64,000 nt of DNA, from assembly GCA_036397835.1 (NCBI GenBank), contig DASWIG010000188.1:18964-82963 (forward strand), in the 5' to 3' direction. The notes beneath the pieces are model-generated. The model worked only from the letters and a program-made list of their open reading frames with translations, was not told where the DNA came from and did not search any database. Each line of letters starts with the position of its first letter. Position 1 is the stretch's first letter. Positions 35,901-47,100 of the stretch are shown piece by piece. Both the position numbers and the translations under genes were made by a program. Origin of the DNA: Thermoanaerobaculia bacterium (GTDB taxonomy: Bacteria; Acidobacteriota; Thermoanaerobaculia; Multivoradales; J023).

Positions 35901-38900
35901 ATCTTGCGGGCCAGACGGTGGCGGGGCTCGTCGGGATCGAGCGGCACGTAGGCGCCACCGGCATTGAGCGTGGCGAGGATCGCCACGACCATTTCCGGCG
36001 TCCGCTCCAGGAAGAGACCGACGCGGACCTCGGGAGCGATACCGAGACGGCGGAGCCGGTCGCCCAACCGCCGCGACGTCCGGGCGAGCCGGGCGTAGCT
36101 CAGGGCGGCGCCTTCGAAGCTCACCGCCACGGCATCCGGGGTGCGCCCTGCCTGGACCGCGAAGAGCCCGTCGAGCGTCTTCTCGGGGCACGGCAAAGAA
36201 TCCGAGCCGCCCGAGCATTCCGTGAACGTCTGGTGGCTCTCGGCAACGCTCAGCAACGGGAGCGCATCGAGTCGCGTCTCGGCGGCGTCTTCGTCGGCCA
36301 TCGCCTCCAGAAGACGCCGATAGTGTCGCGTCATCCTTTGGACGGTCGTGGGATCGAAGAGCTCGGCGCGGTACTCGATCGCTCCGCCCAGCCGCTCGGC
36401 CGTCTCGCCCACCTGGAGGGTCAGATCGAAACGCGCCACGGTGACCGGTTGGCCAAGGGCCACGAGCTCGACGTTGCGCAACCTCGGCGGCACCCGCGGC
36501 AGGTTCTGGAGGACGAAGACCACCTGGAAGATCGGCGAATGAGCAAGGTCCCGCTGGGGCCTCAGCTCTTCCACCAGCTTCTCGAACGGGAGCTCCTGGT
36601 GGGCGAACGCCGCCAAGGTCGCTCGCCGCACCCGGCCGAGCAAGGTCCGCAGCGTCGGGAACGCTCGGCCGGAATCGCCACGAACGTCGGTGCGCAAGAC
36701 CAGCGTGTTGACGAAGAAGCCGATCAACGCCTCCGTTTCCACCTGCGTACGGCCAGCCACCGGGACTCCCACCACCACGTCGCGTTCGCCCGTGTAGCGC
36801 GAGAGCAGGGTCTGGAAGGCGGCGAGCAAAGTCATGAAGAGAGTCGTTCCTTCGCGGCGGCTCAGGAGCCGGACGCGGCGTCCGAGCTCGGGCGGCAGGT
36901 TCAGGGGACGTCGGCCGCCGCGCGAGCCCGGCTGCGCCGGCCGTGGGCGGTCGGCCGGAAGATTCAGAACCGGCGGCGCGCCCGCGAGGCGATCCCGCCA
37001 ATAGGCCAGATCCTTCTCCAGGTTCTCTCCCGCGAGCCAGCGCCGCTGCCACACGGCATAGTCCGCGTAGGAGATCGGGAGCTCCGGAAGCGGCGATTCC
37101 CTCCCGGCCGCCGAGGCCTCATAGAGCGCCACCATCTCCCGTGCGAACAGGTGCATCGACCAGCCGTCCGCGGCGATGTGGTGGAGGGTGACGAAAAGGG
37201 AGTGGTCCTGGTCGTCGACGCGTGCCAGGCTCACCCGGAGCACGGAGCCGCGGGCGAGATCGAAAGGCCGCAGAGCTGACGCCGCGGCGAGCCTCTTGAG
37301 CTCCTCCTCGCGGACTGCGGAGGGCAGCCGGCGCAGGTCGACCGCCGGCACCGGCACCGGAGCCGGCGGCAAGACCTCCTGCCGCGGTCCGTTGTCTTGC
37401 TCGGAGTACACGGTTCGCAAGATACCGTGGCGGCGAACGATCGCGGTCAGGGCATGGACCAGAGCCGCCACGTCGAGTCGGCCCACGAGGCGAAGCGCCA
37501 GGGGGATGTTGTAGGCCGGATTGATGGGCTCCAGCCGATTCAAGAACCAGAGGCGTTCCTGGGCGAAGGAGAGCGGCAGGATCCGGCTCGAGGCCGGGAG
37601 GAGGGGCGCGAGCCGCGGCCTCGGTGGCCTCGGTGATCCGGCTTCGGAGTTCATGGTCCGTTCGACCACGCGCGCCAGAGATCCGAGCGTCGAAGCCTCG
37701 AAGACCTCCTGGAGAGCGACCTCCACGCCGAACAAAGCGCGAATGCGGGAGGAGACCCGAATCGCCATCAACGAGTTTCCGCCGAGCTCGAAAAAGTCGT
37801 CGTGGAGACCGACCTGGTCTCGGTCCAGCAGATCACACCAAATCGTAGCCAGAGTCTCTTCGAGAGGCGTGCGCGGCGAGGCCCGGCTCTCTCGGGCATC
37901 CGAGGCGCCCGGATCAGGCAGGCCACGGCGATCGATCTTACCGCTCGGAAGACGAGGAAAGTCGTCCAGGACGACGAAGACCGACGGGATCATCGAGGCC
38001 GGCAGCTTTTCGGCGAGCAAGGCGCGCCAAGGCTCCGCGTCGCTTCCCGCGGCCGCGGCGCCCGACACGTAGGCCACGAGGCGCCGATCCGGTGTCGCGC
38101 CGGCGCCACGGTCCCCGCCGGGCTGCCACGTCACGACCAGGGCCTCCCGCACCCCGGGGAGCTGCCGCAGCGCCGCCTCGATCTCGGCCGGTTCGATGCG
38201 GTGCCCGCGGACCTTGACCTGGTGATCGATGCGGCCGCGGAACTCCACGTTGCCGTCGGCCAGATGACGCGCCAGATCGCCGGTTCGGTAGAGGCGTTCG
38301 CCCGGCTGCCGTGAAAGGCCGTCGGGAACGAACACCTCCGCGGTGCGGGCGCCCTCGCGGAGGTAGCCGCGCCCGAGGGCGACACCCCCTACGTGAAGCT
38401 CTCCCAGGAGACCGACGGGAACGACGCGCTGCGCGCGGTCGAGCACGAAGGTCCGCAGGCTGCGCAGAGCCCGTCCCACCGGCGTATGGAGGACGCCCTC
38501 CGCCAGCGGCCGCGCGAGGCGGAAGTGGGTGACGTCGTCCGAGCACTCGGTCGGCCCGTAGGCGTTGAGGAGAGGGACCTCGGGGAAGCGGCCGAGCCAG
38601 CGCCGAGCCAGCGCCGGCGCCAGGGCCTCGCCGGTCGGAATCAGCCACCGCAGCCGTCCGAGAGAGGCCTGCGTGCCCTGCTCTTCGATCTCCGCGAGAA
38701 GGTATTCGAGCAGGGAGGGAACCACCTCGAGATGGGTCACTCCGCCGGCAAGCGTCGCCCCGAGAAGCCTGCGCGGGTCCGGGGCCTCTTCTTCGGGAAC
38801 CACGTGGACGCGACCGCCGACCACGAGCGACGCCAGGAGTTGCCAGACCGACACGTCGAAGCACTGCGACGCGTTCTGAGCCACCACGCTCCGGGCTCCG

Positions 38901-41900
38901 AGACCCAGCTCGCCGATCTTGGCGGCGATGTGGTTCATCATGCCGGCGTGCTCGACCATGGCCCCCTTGGGCGTGCCGGTCGAGCCCGAGGTATAGATCA
39001 CGTAGGCGAGATCCTGGGGCCGGGAGCGCCACGGGATCTCCGCTTCCGGCACCTCCGCTCCGGCGTCCTCATCCGCCAAGAGCTCTTCGAGCCAGGCCAC
39101 CGCGAGCCCAGCGGGCGCCGCTTCGCGGCCTCCGCGCAGCCACAGCGACGGTCGCGTCAGCAGCAGCGACGCGCGGCTGCGCTCGAGAATCTGGATCTGG
39201 CGACGGCGGGGATGCGACGGCTCGAGCGGCAGGTAAGCCCCTCCCGCCCCGAGGACGGCGAGGACCGCCGTCAGGAGCTCGACGCCCCGCGCCTCGAGAA
39301 GGGCCACGATCACGCCGGGGCCTACCCCCAAGCGGGCCAGCCGGCGTGCGGCCCGGCGAGAGCTCCGTTCGAGGGCGCGATAGGTCACGTTGCGATGCCT
39401 GCAAACCACGGCGACGGAGTCGGTGTGGCGCTCCGCCGCCCGGCGAAACGCCGGTCCGATGAAGCCGATGTCGTCGGCCTCGGTCTCCGTGTCGTTCCAC
39501 TCCAGGAGGAGCTGCTGACGTTCGGCGCCGGTGAGGAGCGTCAGGCGCTCGAGGGCGACCTCGGGGTCCGCCGCGAAACCCTTGAGGAGCTGCTCGAGAT
39601 GGCGCAACAGGCGTCGGGCCGCCGTCGGCTCGAAGGACCGGCCGGAGCAGACCGCCCGCAGCTCGAACGGATCGCCCGGCCGCGCCATCAGGTAGAGCGG
39701 ATAGCCCGTGTCGATGGACGGCCAGTCGCGGCGTACCCAGGAGCTTGCCCGCGATGGGAAGTTCTCGATCGCCAGGAAGCAGTCGAAGAGAGGCTGACCG
39801 GCGCCCACGGCGCTCCATCTCCGGACGTCGACCAGTGGGACGTGCTCGTGGGCCTGGACGGCGAGCCACCGGTCACGCACTTGACGAAGCCACGGGAGCA
39901 GCCGCGCGCCGGGATCGACGCGAACCCGGAAAGGCAGGTTGTTGACCAGGAGCCCGACCATCGACTCGATGCCCTCCAGGGGAGCCGACCGTCCTCCGAC
40001 GACGTTGCCGAACACGACGTCGACGCGGCCGCAATAGCGGCTCAACAGGATCGCCCATGCCGCCTGGACCAGGATCCCCGGGGTCGCGGCGCATTGCCGT
40101 GCTACCTCCCGAAGAGAACCGGCCGTCTCCCCCGAGAGCCGGTGCGCGAGCTCGATCCAGGCGGCCTTCGCGGGCGGACCGAATGGCTCCACCACCAGCC
40201 GCGCCGGCCGCTCGAAACCCGCCATATGGTGTCGCCAGAATACCTCCGACGCCGCCTTGTCCAGGCTCTCCAGCCACTCGGCGTAGTCACGAAACGGCCG
40301 GGCCGGACCGAGAGCCGGAAGGCGGCCCGCCCTGAGGTCGCGATAGGCCGACTCGACTTCCGCCAGCACCACGGCGCTGGACCACCCGTCGGCAATCAGG
40401 TGGTGGTAAGTCCAGACCAGGCGATAGCCGTCGTCGGCGACTCGAAAGAGGGACAGGCGCAGCAGCGGCGGCGTGCGGAGCTCGAAACGGCGCGCGCCTG
40501 CTCCGGTGCGGACGTGCTCCTCGATGGCGAGCTCCTGTCGGCGCGGCGTCAGCTCACGCAGGTCGTGATCCTCGATGCTCAGCGGGACCTGCCGGTGGAC
40601 GACTTGCCGCGGGCCGGCCGCACCCTCGAGGACGAAGCCGCTCCGCAAAGCGGGATGGCGTTCGACGACCAGCCGCCAGGCCTTACCGAGGGCGTCGACG
40701 TCCAGAGGCTCGCCGATCGCAAGGTCGACGTGCTCGAGATAGCTGGAGCCTTCCCGCGTCGAAAGAGTGTGCACGTAGAGCCCCTGCTGCATCGGAGTCA
40801 GGGCATGAGCGCTCTCGTCGGGTTGGCGCTCGATCGGTCGCTCCGGCAAAACGGCCGTGCGCTCGCAGACCTTGGCCAGTCGGGCGACGGTGGGATGCTC
40901 CAGCAGATCGCGGACCTCGAAGGCCAGACCGTACCGGCGCGCTTCCACCACGATCTGCAAGCAGAGCACCGAGTCGCCGCCGAGGTCGAAGAAGGAATCG
41001 CCGACGCCCACTCGATCGATGCCCAAGGCCCGGCTCCAGCACTGGGCCAGTCGCTCTTCCGTGGGGTCGCGCGGTGCCAGGTAAGGTTGTTCCAGATCGG
41101 GCCGGCTGCGCCCGGGCTCCGGCAGGGCACGGAGGTCGATCTTGCCGTTGGGTGTCAGCGGGAAGGCGGTCACGGGCACGAACACCGCCGGCACCATCGG
41201 CTCGGGCAGCTTCTGGCGCAGGAATCGGAAGAGCTCGCTGGGACCGGGCGCCGGCTCGCCATCGGCCACCAGGTAGGCCACCAGCCGGCGCCGGCCACCC
41301 TGGTCCTCGCGCACCGTGACGACGGTCTCGAGCACGCGCGGATGTTCCTCCAGGGCGGCCTCGATCTCGGTGAGCTCGACACGGACGCCGTGGATCTTGA
41401 CCTGGTGGTCGATGCGGCCGAGGTATTCGATCTCGCCGCCGGCGAGATACCGGGCCAGGTCACCTGGACGGTAGAGACGCGCGCCCGGCCGGCCGCCGAG
41501 GGCATCCGGCACGAAACGCTCGGCGGTGAGGCCGGGTCGATCCAAGTAGCCGCGCGCCAGGACCGGGCCACCGACATAGAGCTCGCCGACGACACCGGCA
41601 GCGACCTCCCGCCATCGGGCGTCGAGGAGGTGGATGCGCGCGTGGTGGACGACTCTTCCCACGGGAGGATGGGACGGCCAGCTCCGCGTTTTCCCGGCGG
41701 GAAGGGTATACGCGGTCACCACGTGGGTCTCGGCGGGGCCGTAATGGTTGTGGAGGCGCGCTCGGGGCAACCGCTCCATGAATTCGCGCACCGGACGCGT
41801 GACCTGGAGCTGCTCGCCGGTGGTGACGAGCTCGACCAGGGCGAGCGGCAACGGGCCCCGTCCGCGGAGGTGCTCGCTGATCTGTTGGAGGACGACGACC

Positions 41901-44137
41901 GGCAGGATGGCCTTGTCGATACCGCGCTCCAAGAGAAAGTCGGCCAGCGCGGGAACGTCTCGGCGCAAAGGCTCCGGGACCATCTCGAGAGCGCCTCCCG
42001 AGCCCCAGGCCGCGAACATCTCGTGGATGCTGACGTCGAAATTCAAGCTTGAGAACTGCAGCGTGCGTCGGCCACGGTACAGAGCTTCGAGGTGCCAGTG
42101 GATCAGGTTGACCATCACGGCGTGAGGCAGCAGGATGCCCTTGGGCCGGCCTGTCGATCCCGAGGTGTACATGACGTAGAACGGATGCTCGGGATCGACG
42201 GCGACGGCGAGCCGTTCTGCGGCGCTCGCGACCGCGGCTTCCGCACCGATCAGGATCGTCGGACAGGGCGGCGTGGGAAACGCCTCGAGGAGCGGCCGGC
42301 GCGTGATCAGGGCCGTGAGCCGCGCGCCGTCGAGAATCGCCGCCAGCCTTTCCCGCGGATAGCCGGCGTCGAGCGGCACGTAGGCGCCGCCGGACTTGAG
42401 GGTCGCCAGGACCGCGATCATCATCTCGGGCGAGCGCTCGAGGCAGATTCCTACTCGGGCTTCCGGGCCGGCCCCGAGCTCGGCCAGGCGTCGGGCCAGG
42501 GCGTTGGCCCGACCATCGAGCTCGAGGTAGCTCAATGCCCGCTCGGCGAAGACCAGAGCAACGGTTTCTGGGATGCGATCGGCTTGGCGCTCGAGGAACC
42601 GGTGCAGAGGGCCCGAGCTTCGGGAAGCGGGGCTCGTCGTGCTCCACTCGCGGAGTTGCTGCTGCTCGGCCGGGGTCAGCAGACCGTGCCGCGAGAGAGG
42701 GGCCTCGGGCCGTGAGGCGAGAGAGGCGAGCAGGGTCTGCAAGTGCCCCGCAATGCGCCGCGCCGTCGTCGCTTCGAAGATCTCGGCGTTGTATTCGACG
42801 CTGCCGCCAATCCCCGATCCACGTTCGTAGAAATAAAAGTTCAGGTCCTCCAGGGTCTGGAGCTCGCCGCCTGGCTCGAAAGTGGTCAACGAAGGCCCGT
42901 CGGCCGATCGCGGACCGTCCACCTCGAGGCTCTCGCCATGCTCCGGCAGGTCCAGCAGCACGAGCATGGTGCGGTAGGGCCGCGGCGCGGCGGCGGAGCG
43001 CTGCGGGCTCAACGCCCGCAGGATCTCCTCGAACGGCACTTCCTGATGAGCGAAAGCTTCCGAAACGCTCTGCCGAGCGCGGGCGAGAAGCTCGGTGAAA
43101 TCGGGATCGCCGCCGAGGTCGCCGCGCAGGACGACCGTGTCGGCGAAGAGACCGATCAAACCGTGGAGCTCACGCCGCCGCCGGTTGCTGACGAGCGAGC
43201 CGACCCACACGTCCGTGCGCCCCGAATAGCGGCCGAGCAGTGCCTGATAGGCCGCGAGCAACGTCATGAAGAGCGTCGCTCCCGAGTGCCGCGAGATGGC
43301 CCGTACGGTCCGCGCGATGTCGGCGGCCCAGAAGAATGCTCGCCGGCCGCTCCTGAACACTCGCCGCTCGGGCCGCGGCCGGTCCGCCGGCAGGCGCAGC
43401 GCCGGGGGCTGACCCGCCAAAGTCCGACGCCAGAAGGCCAGGTGTTGCTCGATGCTCCCTTCTCCCAGCCGGCGGCGTTGCCAGAGCGCGTAGTCGCCGT
43501 ACTGCACCGTGAGCTCGCGCCAGGCCGGCGCGTGCCCGCGGCGTAGCGTCTCGTAAGCTCCCGCCAGCTCCCGCAACAGCAACCGGTTCGACCACTCGTC
43601 CGAGACGGCATGGTGGATCGAAAGCGCCAGCAGGTGGTCGCGCTCGTCCAGGTGAACCACGAACAGGCGCCATAGCGGCGCCTTCGCGAGGTCGAACGGG
43701 TAGTTGCCAAGGCGGCGGACGAGGCGGCGTCCGGCGCCGAAACGCAGCGGCTCCGGCAAGGCGGTCAGGTCGACGATGGGAAGGGCGACGCGACAGGCCG
43801 CCGGCTCGACGATCTGGACCGGTCCCTCGTCAGTCGTGCGCAAACACGTCCGCAGCGTCTCGTGGCGTTCGACGAGACGCCGCAAGGCGTCCGTCAGAAG
43901 CCCTGCCGAAAGCTCACCGGCGAATCGCAGCGTCTGGTTGAGGAGGAATGCGACGCTCGCCGGGGCCAGTTGTTGGTCCAGGAAAATGGATTCCTGGGCC
44001 ATGGACAGTGGGAACCGGTCTCGACGCTCCTGTCGGGGGATGATAGGTGGTGCGGCCTCACGCCGCTTCCTGCCGCGAAGCTTTCGCAACAGCAGGGCAC
44101 GCCGGTCGCCGCTCAGACCATCGAATAGACGTTCCAT
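32969..44137 (-). CDS. NRPS, (C-A-PCP)x3-C, 3722 aa; ends with an intact C domain and an acidic tail
   Basis: ATG at 44137, 18 nt after the upstream stop. C1 HHAVSDEWS; A PFYVMYTSGSTGRPKGI; PCP FFDLGGDSVLCLQI; C2 LTPMQQGLYVH...YHHLIADGWS; A LAYVIYTSGSTGTPKGA; PCP FFELGGNSLMAIRV; C3 LSFAQERLWFL...HHIAADGWS; A AAYVIYTSGSTGEPKGV; PCP FFDLGGHSLLATQV; C4 LSFAQQRLWWL...QHHIVSDAWS; tail VEELDDDFAF; TAG at 32971-32969. Confidence 0.9.
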   Translation of the reverse strand: MERLFDGLSGDRRALLLRKLRGRKRREAAPPIIPRQERRDRFPLSMAQESIFLDQQLAPASVAFLLNQTLRFAGELSAGLLTDALRRLVERHETLRTCLRTTDEGPVQIVEPAACRVALPIVDLTALPEPLRFGAGRRLVRRLGNYPFDLAKAPLWRLFVVHLDERDHLLALSIHHAVSDEWSNRLLLRELAGAYETLRRGHAPAWRELTVQYGDYALWQRRRLGEGSIEQHLAFWRRTLAGQPPALRLPADRPRPERRVFRSGRRAFFWAADIARTVRAISRHSGATLFMTLLAAYQALLGRYSGRTDVWVGSLVSNRRRRELHGLIGLFADTVVLRGDLGGDPDFTELLARARQSVSEAFAHQEVPFEEILRALSPQRSAAAPRPYRTMLVLLDLPEHGESLEVDGPRSADGPSLTTFEPGGELQTLEDLNFYFYERGSGIGGSVEYNAEIFEATTARRIAGHLQTLLASLASRPEAPLSRHGLLTPAEQQQLREWSTTSPASRSSGPLHRFLERQADRIPETVALVFAERALSYLELDGRANALARRLAELGAGPEARVGICLERSPEMMIAVLATLKSGGAYVPLDAGYPRERLAAILDGARLTALITRRPLLEAFPTPPCPTILIGAEAAVASAAERLAVAVDPEHPFYVMYTSGSTGRPKGILLPHAVMVNLIHWHLEALYRGRRTLQFSSLNFDVSIHEMFAAWGSGGALEMVPEPLRRDVPALADFLLERGIDKAILPVVVLQQISEHLRGRGPLPLALVELVTTGEQLQVTRPVREFMERLPRARLHNHYGPAETHVVTAYTLPAGKTRSWPSHPPVGRVVHHARIHLLDARWREVAAGVVGELYVGGPVLARGYLDRPGLTAERFVPDALGGRPGARLYRPGDLARYLAGGEIEYLGRIDHQVKIHGVRVELTEIEAALEEHPRVLETVVTVREDQGGRRRLVAYLVADGEPAPGPSELFRFLRQKLPEPMVPAVFVPVTAFPLTPNGKIDLRALPEPGRSRPDLEQPYLAPRDPTEERLAQCWSRALGIDRVGVGDSFFDLGGDSVLCLQIVVEARRYGLAFEVRDLLEHPTVARLAKVCERTAVLPERPIERQPDESAHALTPMQQGLYVHTLSTREGSSYLEHVDLAIGEPLDVDALGKAWRLVVERHPALRSGFVLEGAAGPRQVVHRQVPLSIEDHDLRELTPRRQELAIEEHVRTGAGARRFELRTPPLLRLSLFRVADDGYRLVWTYHHLIADGWSSAVVLAEVESAYRDLRAGRLPALGPARPFRDYAEWLESLDKAASEVFWRHHMAGFERPARLVVEPFGPPAKAAWIELAHRLSGETAGSLREVARQCAATPGILVQAAWAILLSRYCGRVDVVFGNVVGGRSAPLEGIESMVGLLVNNLPFRVRVDPGARLLPWLRQVRDRWLAVQAHEHVPLVDVRRWSAVGAGQPLFDCFLAIENFPSRASSWVRRDWPSIDTGYPLYLMARPGDPFELRAVCSGRSFEPTAARRLLRHLEQLLKGFAADPEVALERLTLLTGAERQQLLLEWNDTETEADDIGFIGPAFRRAAERHTDSVAVVCRHRNVTYRALERSSRRAARRLARLGVGPGVIVALLEARGVELLTAVLAVLGAGGAYLPLEPSHPRRRQIQILERSRASLLLTRPSLWLRGGREAAPAGLAVAWLEELLADEDAGAEVPEAEIPWRSRPQDLAYVIYTSGSTGTPKGAMVEHAGMMNHIAAKIGELGLGARSVVAQNASQCFDVSVWQLLASLVVGGRVHVVPEEEAPDPRRLLGATLAGGVTHLEVVPSLLEYLLAEIEEQGTQASLGRLRWLIPTGEALAPALARRWLGRFPEVPLLNAYGPTECSDDVTHFRLARPLAEGVLHTPVGRALRSLRTFVLDRAQRVVPVGLLGELHVGGVALGRGYLREGARTAEVFVPDGLSRQPGERLYRTGDLARHLADGNVEFRGRIDHQVKVRGHRIEPAEIEAALRQLPGVREALVVTWQPGGDRGAGATPDRRLVAYVSGAAAAGSDAEPWRALLAEKLPASMIPSVFVVLDDFPRLPSGKIDRRGLPDPGASDARESRASPRTPLEETLATIWCDLLDRDQVGLHDDFFELGGNSLMAIRVSSRIRALFGVEVALQEVFEASTLGSLARVVERTMNSEAGSPRPPRPRLAPLLPASSRILPLSFAQERLWFLNRLEPINPAYNIPLALRLVGRLDVAALVHALTAIVRRHGILRTVYSEQDNGPRQEVLPPAPVPVPAVDLRRLPSAVREEELKRLAAASALRPFDLARGSVLRVSLARVDDQDHSLFVTLHHIAADGWSMHLFAREMVALYEASAAGRESPLPELPISYADYAVWQRRWLAGENLEKDLAYWRDRLAGAPPVLNLPADRPRPAQPGSRGGRRPLNLPPELGRRVRLLSRREGTTLFMTLLAAFQTLLSRYTGERDVVVGVPVAGRTQVETEALIGFFVNTLVLRTDVRGDSGRAFPTLRTLLGRVRRATLAAFAHQELPFEKLVEELRPQRDLAHSPIFQVVFVLQNLPRVPPRLRNVELVALGQPVTVARFDLTLQVGETAERLGGAIEYRAELFDPTTVQRMTRHYRRLLEAMADEDAAETRLDALPLLSVAESHQTFTECSGGSDSLPCPEKTLDGLFAVQAGRTPDAVAVSFEGAALSYARLARTSRRLGDRLRRLGIAPEVRVGLFLERTPEMVVAILATLNAGGAYVPLDPDEPRHRLARKIEDSGIAALLTTDALAPKLSESGVRRIHLDHRWPAAEPDRCRPDTSPKSHRAAYVIYTSGSTGEPKGVVVTHHNVVRLFETTRPWFGFHSGDTWTLFHSYAFDFSVWELWGALLHGGRLVVVPYWTSRSHEELCSLVVRERVCVLNQTPSAFRSLRDVAEPGALALRRVIFGGEALDLGSLRPWLDRHGESSPVLVNMYGITETTVHVTVLPIRRAHTARRVGGSLIGGPLPDLEVHLVSAALAVLPLGVTGEIVVAGEGLSRGYLNRPGLTASRFVPHPWSKRAGARLYRSGDLARRLADGGLEYLGRADQQVKIRGFRVELGEVEAALAAYPAVREALAVLTRDGAGNPRLAGYVVAPAAAPSREELNRFLRERLPDPMVPSALVFLERMPLNRNGKVDRGALPPPEVTPQTVSPATPRTPIVELVTGIWADVLGIEPFGPHDNFFDLGGHSLLATQVVSRLRRSLGVEVGLRQLFEHPTVEELSAEIARMRRGDAPAPPAILADPTARSAELSFAQQRLWWLSQLRGASSAYNVNGALRLEGHLDVTALAASLREILRRHEVLRSTIEASDGREPVQVVGPIRPSYLPVADLSSLREPDRDAELVRLAESEAARPFDLARGAMVRITLVRLAARLHVVLLTQHHIVSDAWSQAIIAGELKTLYAAFKGGAGLAEAARLLPDLPLQYRDYARWQRNWLRGEVLERELKYWRERLEGIPRLFAGLADYPRPPVPSFRGAAENVQLSRDLTLRLESLSRENQATLFMTLLAAFDLLLWRHSGQRRFVVATNVAHRTRTEVEPLVGFFVNMLLLPVELIDDPPFTEFLARIRESTLDAYGHQDTPFEKLVEELQPERDPSYNPLFQVVFSLLNAPSVPLQLPGLQLSGFRIKRRSAKFDLLMNVWPSPDGLRGELEYSRDLFSPMTIRNLLDRFGRLLESIVATPEARLSKLDVLSRRETAALATPIHVEELDDDFAF

Positions 44138-44155
44138 CCCAGCCCTTCCCGACCT

Positions 44156-47100
44156 TCAGGCCTCGTCTGCGAGCTGATCGCGGACTTCCTCGTCGGAGAG
44201 CTCTGCGAGCTCTTGCAGGGCCTCGGCCAGGTCTTCATCACTGGCGTCGGCCAATTGGAGCTCCTCGACGAGGAGCGCGAGCTGGGCCACCGTCCGGACC
44301 TCGAAGAGCCTGAAGGCCGGTAAGTCGACGCCGTAGCGCTCCTGGAGGCGCGACATGATCAGGATCGCGCGCATCGAATGTCCACCCAGGTCGAAGAAAT
44401 CGTCGTGGAGACCCACGCGCTCGACCGCCAGCACCGCCGCCCATATCTCGGCGAGCTGTCGCTCCAGCTCCGTCGACGGGGCCACGTAGGGCCGGGCGGC
44501 CGCTTCCTCGAGCTCGGGCAATGCGAGGCGGTCCACCTTGCCGTTCGGCGTCATGGGCAGCTCGTCGAGGACGAGGAAGCGGCTCGGCACCATGTAGGGC
44601 GCCAGCCGCTCCTCCAGAAAGGCGCGCAGGCTCCGAGGCTCGGGATCACGCCCGACTCCTCGAGCCACGTAGGCGGCAAGCTCGATCTCGCCAGAGCCGG
44701 AGTCGCGGGCGCGGACCGCGCAGAGCTCGACGTCGGGATGAGCCCCGAGCGCCGCCTCGATCTCTCCGGGCTCCACCCGGTGCCCCCGGACCTGGACCTG
44801 GTGATCGAGCCGGCCCACGAATCGGAGACAGCCGCCGCCGTCGAAAAAGCCGAGATCGCCGGTGCGCAACAGGCGCGAACCGTGACGGCCGCTGTGAGGA
44901 TCCGGCACGAACCGCTCGGCGGTGAGCGCCGGCCGGCGCAGATAGCCGCGGCCGGGGGCGCCTCCGGCCACGTGGATCTCGCCGGTGCAGCCGATCGGCG
45001 AAAGCCGCGAGCGCCGATCGAGCACGAAGACCGCCACGCCCCGGATCGGCCTGCCGAGGGGCATCCCGTCCGGATCTTCGAACCGCCTCGGCACCGGGTG
45101 GAGCGCTACCATTCCGGCCGTTTCGGTCTGGCCGTACATGTTGACGAACCGCGGCGGGTCCTCGAAACGGCGTTCCCATTCGCGCGGGACCTCCGCCGCC
45201 AGGACCTCACCAGTCGACAGGGCGAGGCGTGGACGGTACCCGGCCGCGGCGGGAGAGCCGAGGACTTTGAGGCACCCGCGCCACAACGAGGGCACGGTAT
45301 CCATGACCGTGGCCGCGGTGTTCCTCGCAAGACCCAGGAGCCGCTTGGGATCGGACCGCTCCTCGTCGGTGGCTAGCACCAGCGCGGCGCCGCGGCTCAG
45401 CGGAACCAAGAGGTGACGCACCGAGGACGAGAAGGCGAACGAAGCGGTGTGAAGGAAGACGTCGTCTCCTCCGACTCCAAGGGCTTCAGGCAGGGAATCC
45501 AGGTAGTGAGCGAGGTTGGCGTGGCTCACCATGACCCCTTTGGGCTCGCCGGTGGAGCCCGAGGTGAACATCACGTAGGCCAGGCTTTGAGGATCGGCCT
45601 CCGGCGACGGCGCTCGCTCTTCGCGGTCCTCGTCGCGACAGTCTTCATCGAGGCGGAGCACCTGCGCGGGCGCCGGCAGCGCGTCGCGAAGGCGGCCGCG
45701 GGTCAGGATCAGGGCGGGCCGCGCCAGCTCGGCGACCCGCAGGTTCCGCTCGCGCGGATACGCGGGATCCAGAGGCACGTAGGCCCCGCCTGCCATCAGG
45801 ACGCCGAAGACACCCGCCACCATGTCCGGCGAGCGGTCGAGGCAGATCCCCACGAGCGTCTCCGGCCCGACGCCGCGCCGGCGCAGCCGGCACGCGACGT
45901 CGCCGGCGACGGCGGCGAGACGGCGGTAGCTCACGTGCTGCCCGGCGCAAATCACCGCGATCCGATCGGGCCCGTGCTCGACCCGCTCGAGAAAGAGCCG
46001 CACGGCGTCCGCGGGCCGGCGGCCGGGGACTTCCGGCGAGGAGACGCTCCAGACCTCGATCACCTCTCTCTCCGCCGGCGAGACGACGTCGAGGTCCTCC
46101 GGAAAACGGTCCGGGTCAAGGACCGCCGCGGCGAGCAGGGTCGAGAGCCGCTCCGCCATGCGGCGGGCGGAGTCGGGAGTCAGGCGGCCGGCGTCGTACG
46201 CGAGCTCGGCGTCGAGCGCCCCGGAGCACGCCGGGCCTGCGGCGCGGCGGAAGACCGCGAGCCGCACCACGAAACGCTCCGTCAGCGCGCTGTGGTGGGT
46301 CAGGGAGAAGCTCGCCTCGCCTCCCCTCCAAGAGGTCTCTCCTTCCTCGAAGAGAAAGGCCCAGGGCAGGAAGACGTCGTCCTGGGGTTGGTAGAATTCC
46401 TGCCAGTCGTAGAGCTCTTCCGTCAGCTCGAAGGCCTGGCCGGCGACTTCGCGAAAGCGCCGCCGGGGCCCGCAATCGAGGCGCAGGGGGAGATAGCGCT
46501 CCAGAGGACCGATGACCCGCTCCAGGCCTTCGTACGAACGGCCGTCGTAGCAGGTCGCGACGGGCACTTCTCGGCGGCCGGTGAGGCGGCCGAGAAGCGT
46601 GGCCCAGGCGGCCAGGATGACGGCGGCCGGGCTCACCCCCGAACGCTCGGCCAGGCGGTCGGTGGCCGCCGCGACCCCTTCGCCGAGCGTCACGGAGGTG
46701 AACCGAAGCTCAGGGGGCTCGGAGCCGCCGGTGCCCTCTAGGGGCAACCTGAGCCATCTCGTGTCGCCGGGGCGCCGATTCGCCCAGAACCGCCGTCCCT
46801 GCTCGGCGTCATCACCGTGGGCGAGCTCGTTCTGCCATTCGGCGAGGTCCACATACCGCATCGGCTCCTCGCCCTGCCGGACGCCGCCGCCGTAGGCCGC
46901 GGCGACTTCCGCCGCAAGCTGGCGAAGGCCGCGGCTGTCGGCTTGGAGCGCGGTGAGCTCGAGCTCGAGGGTCCAACGCTCCGGCGCCAACCGGATGAGC
47001 CTCGCCCTGATGGCGGAGCCGACGGCGGGCTCGGGAGACTTCCTGGTCTCGGCGGCGTCAGCGACGGTAAGCTCGACGACGGCTTCGGTCACGATCTGAA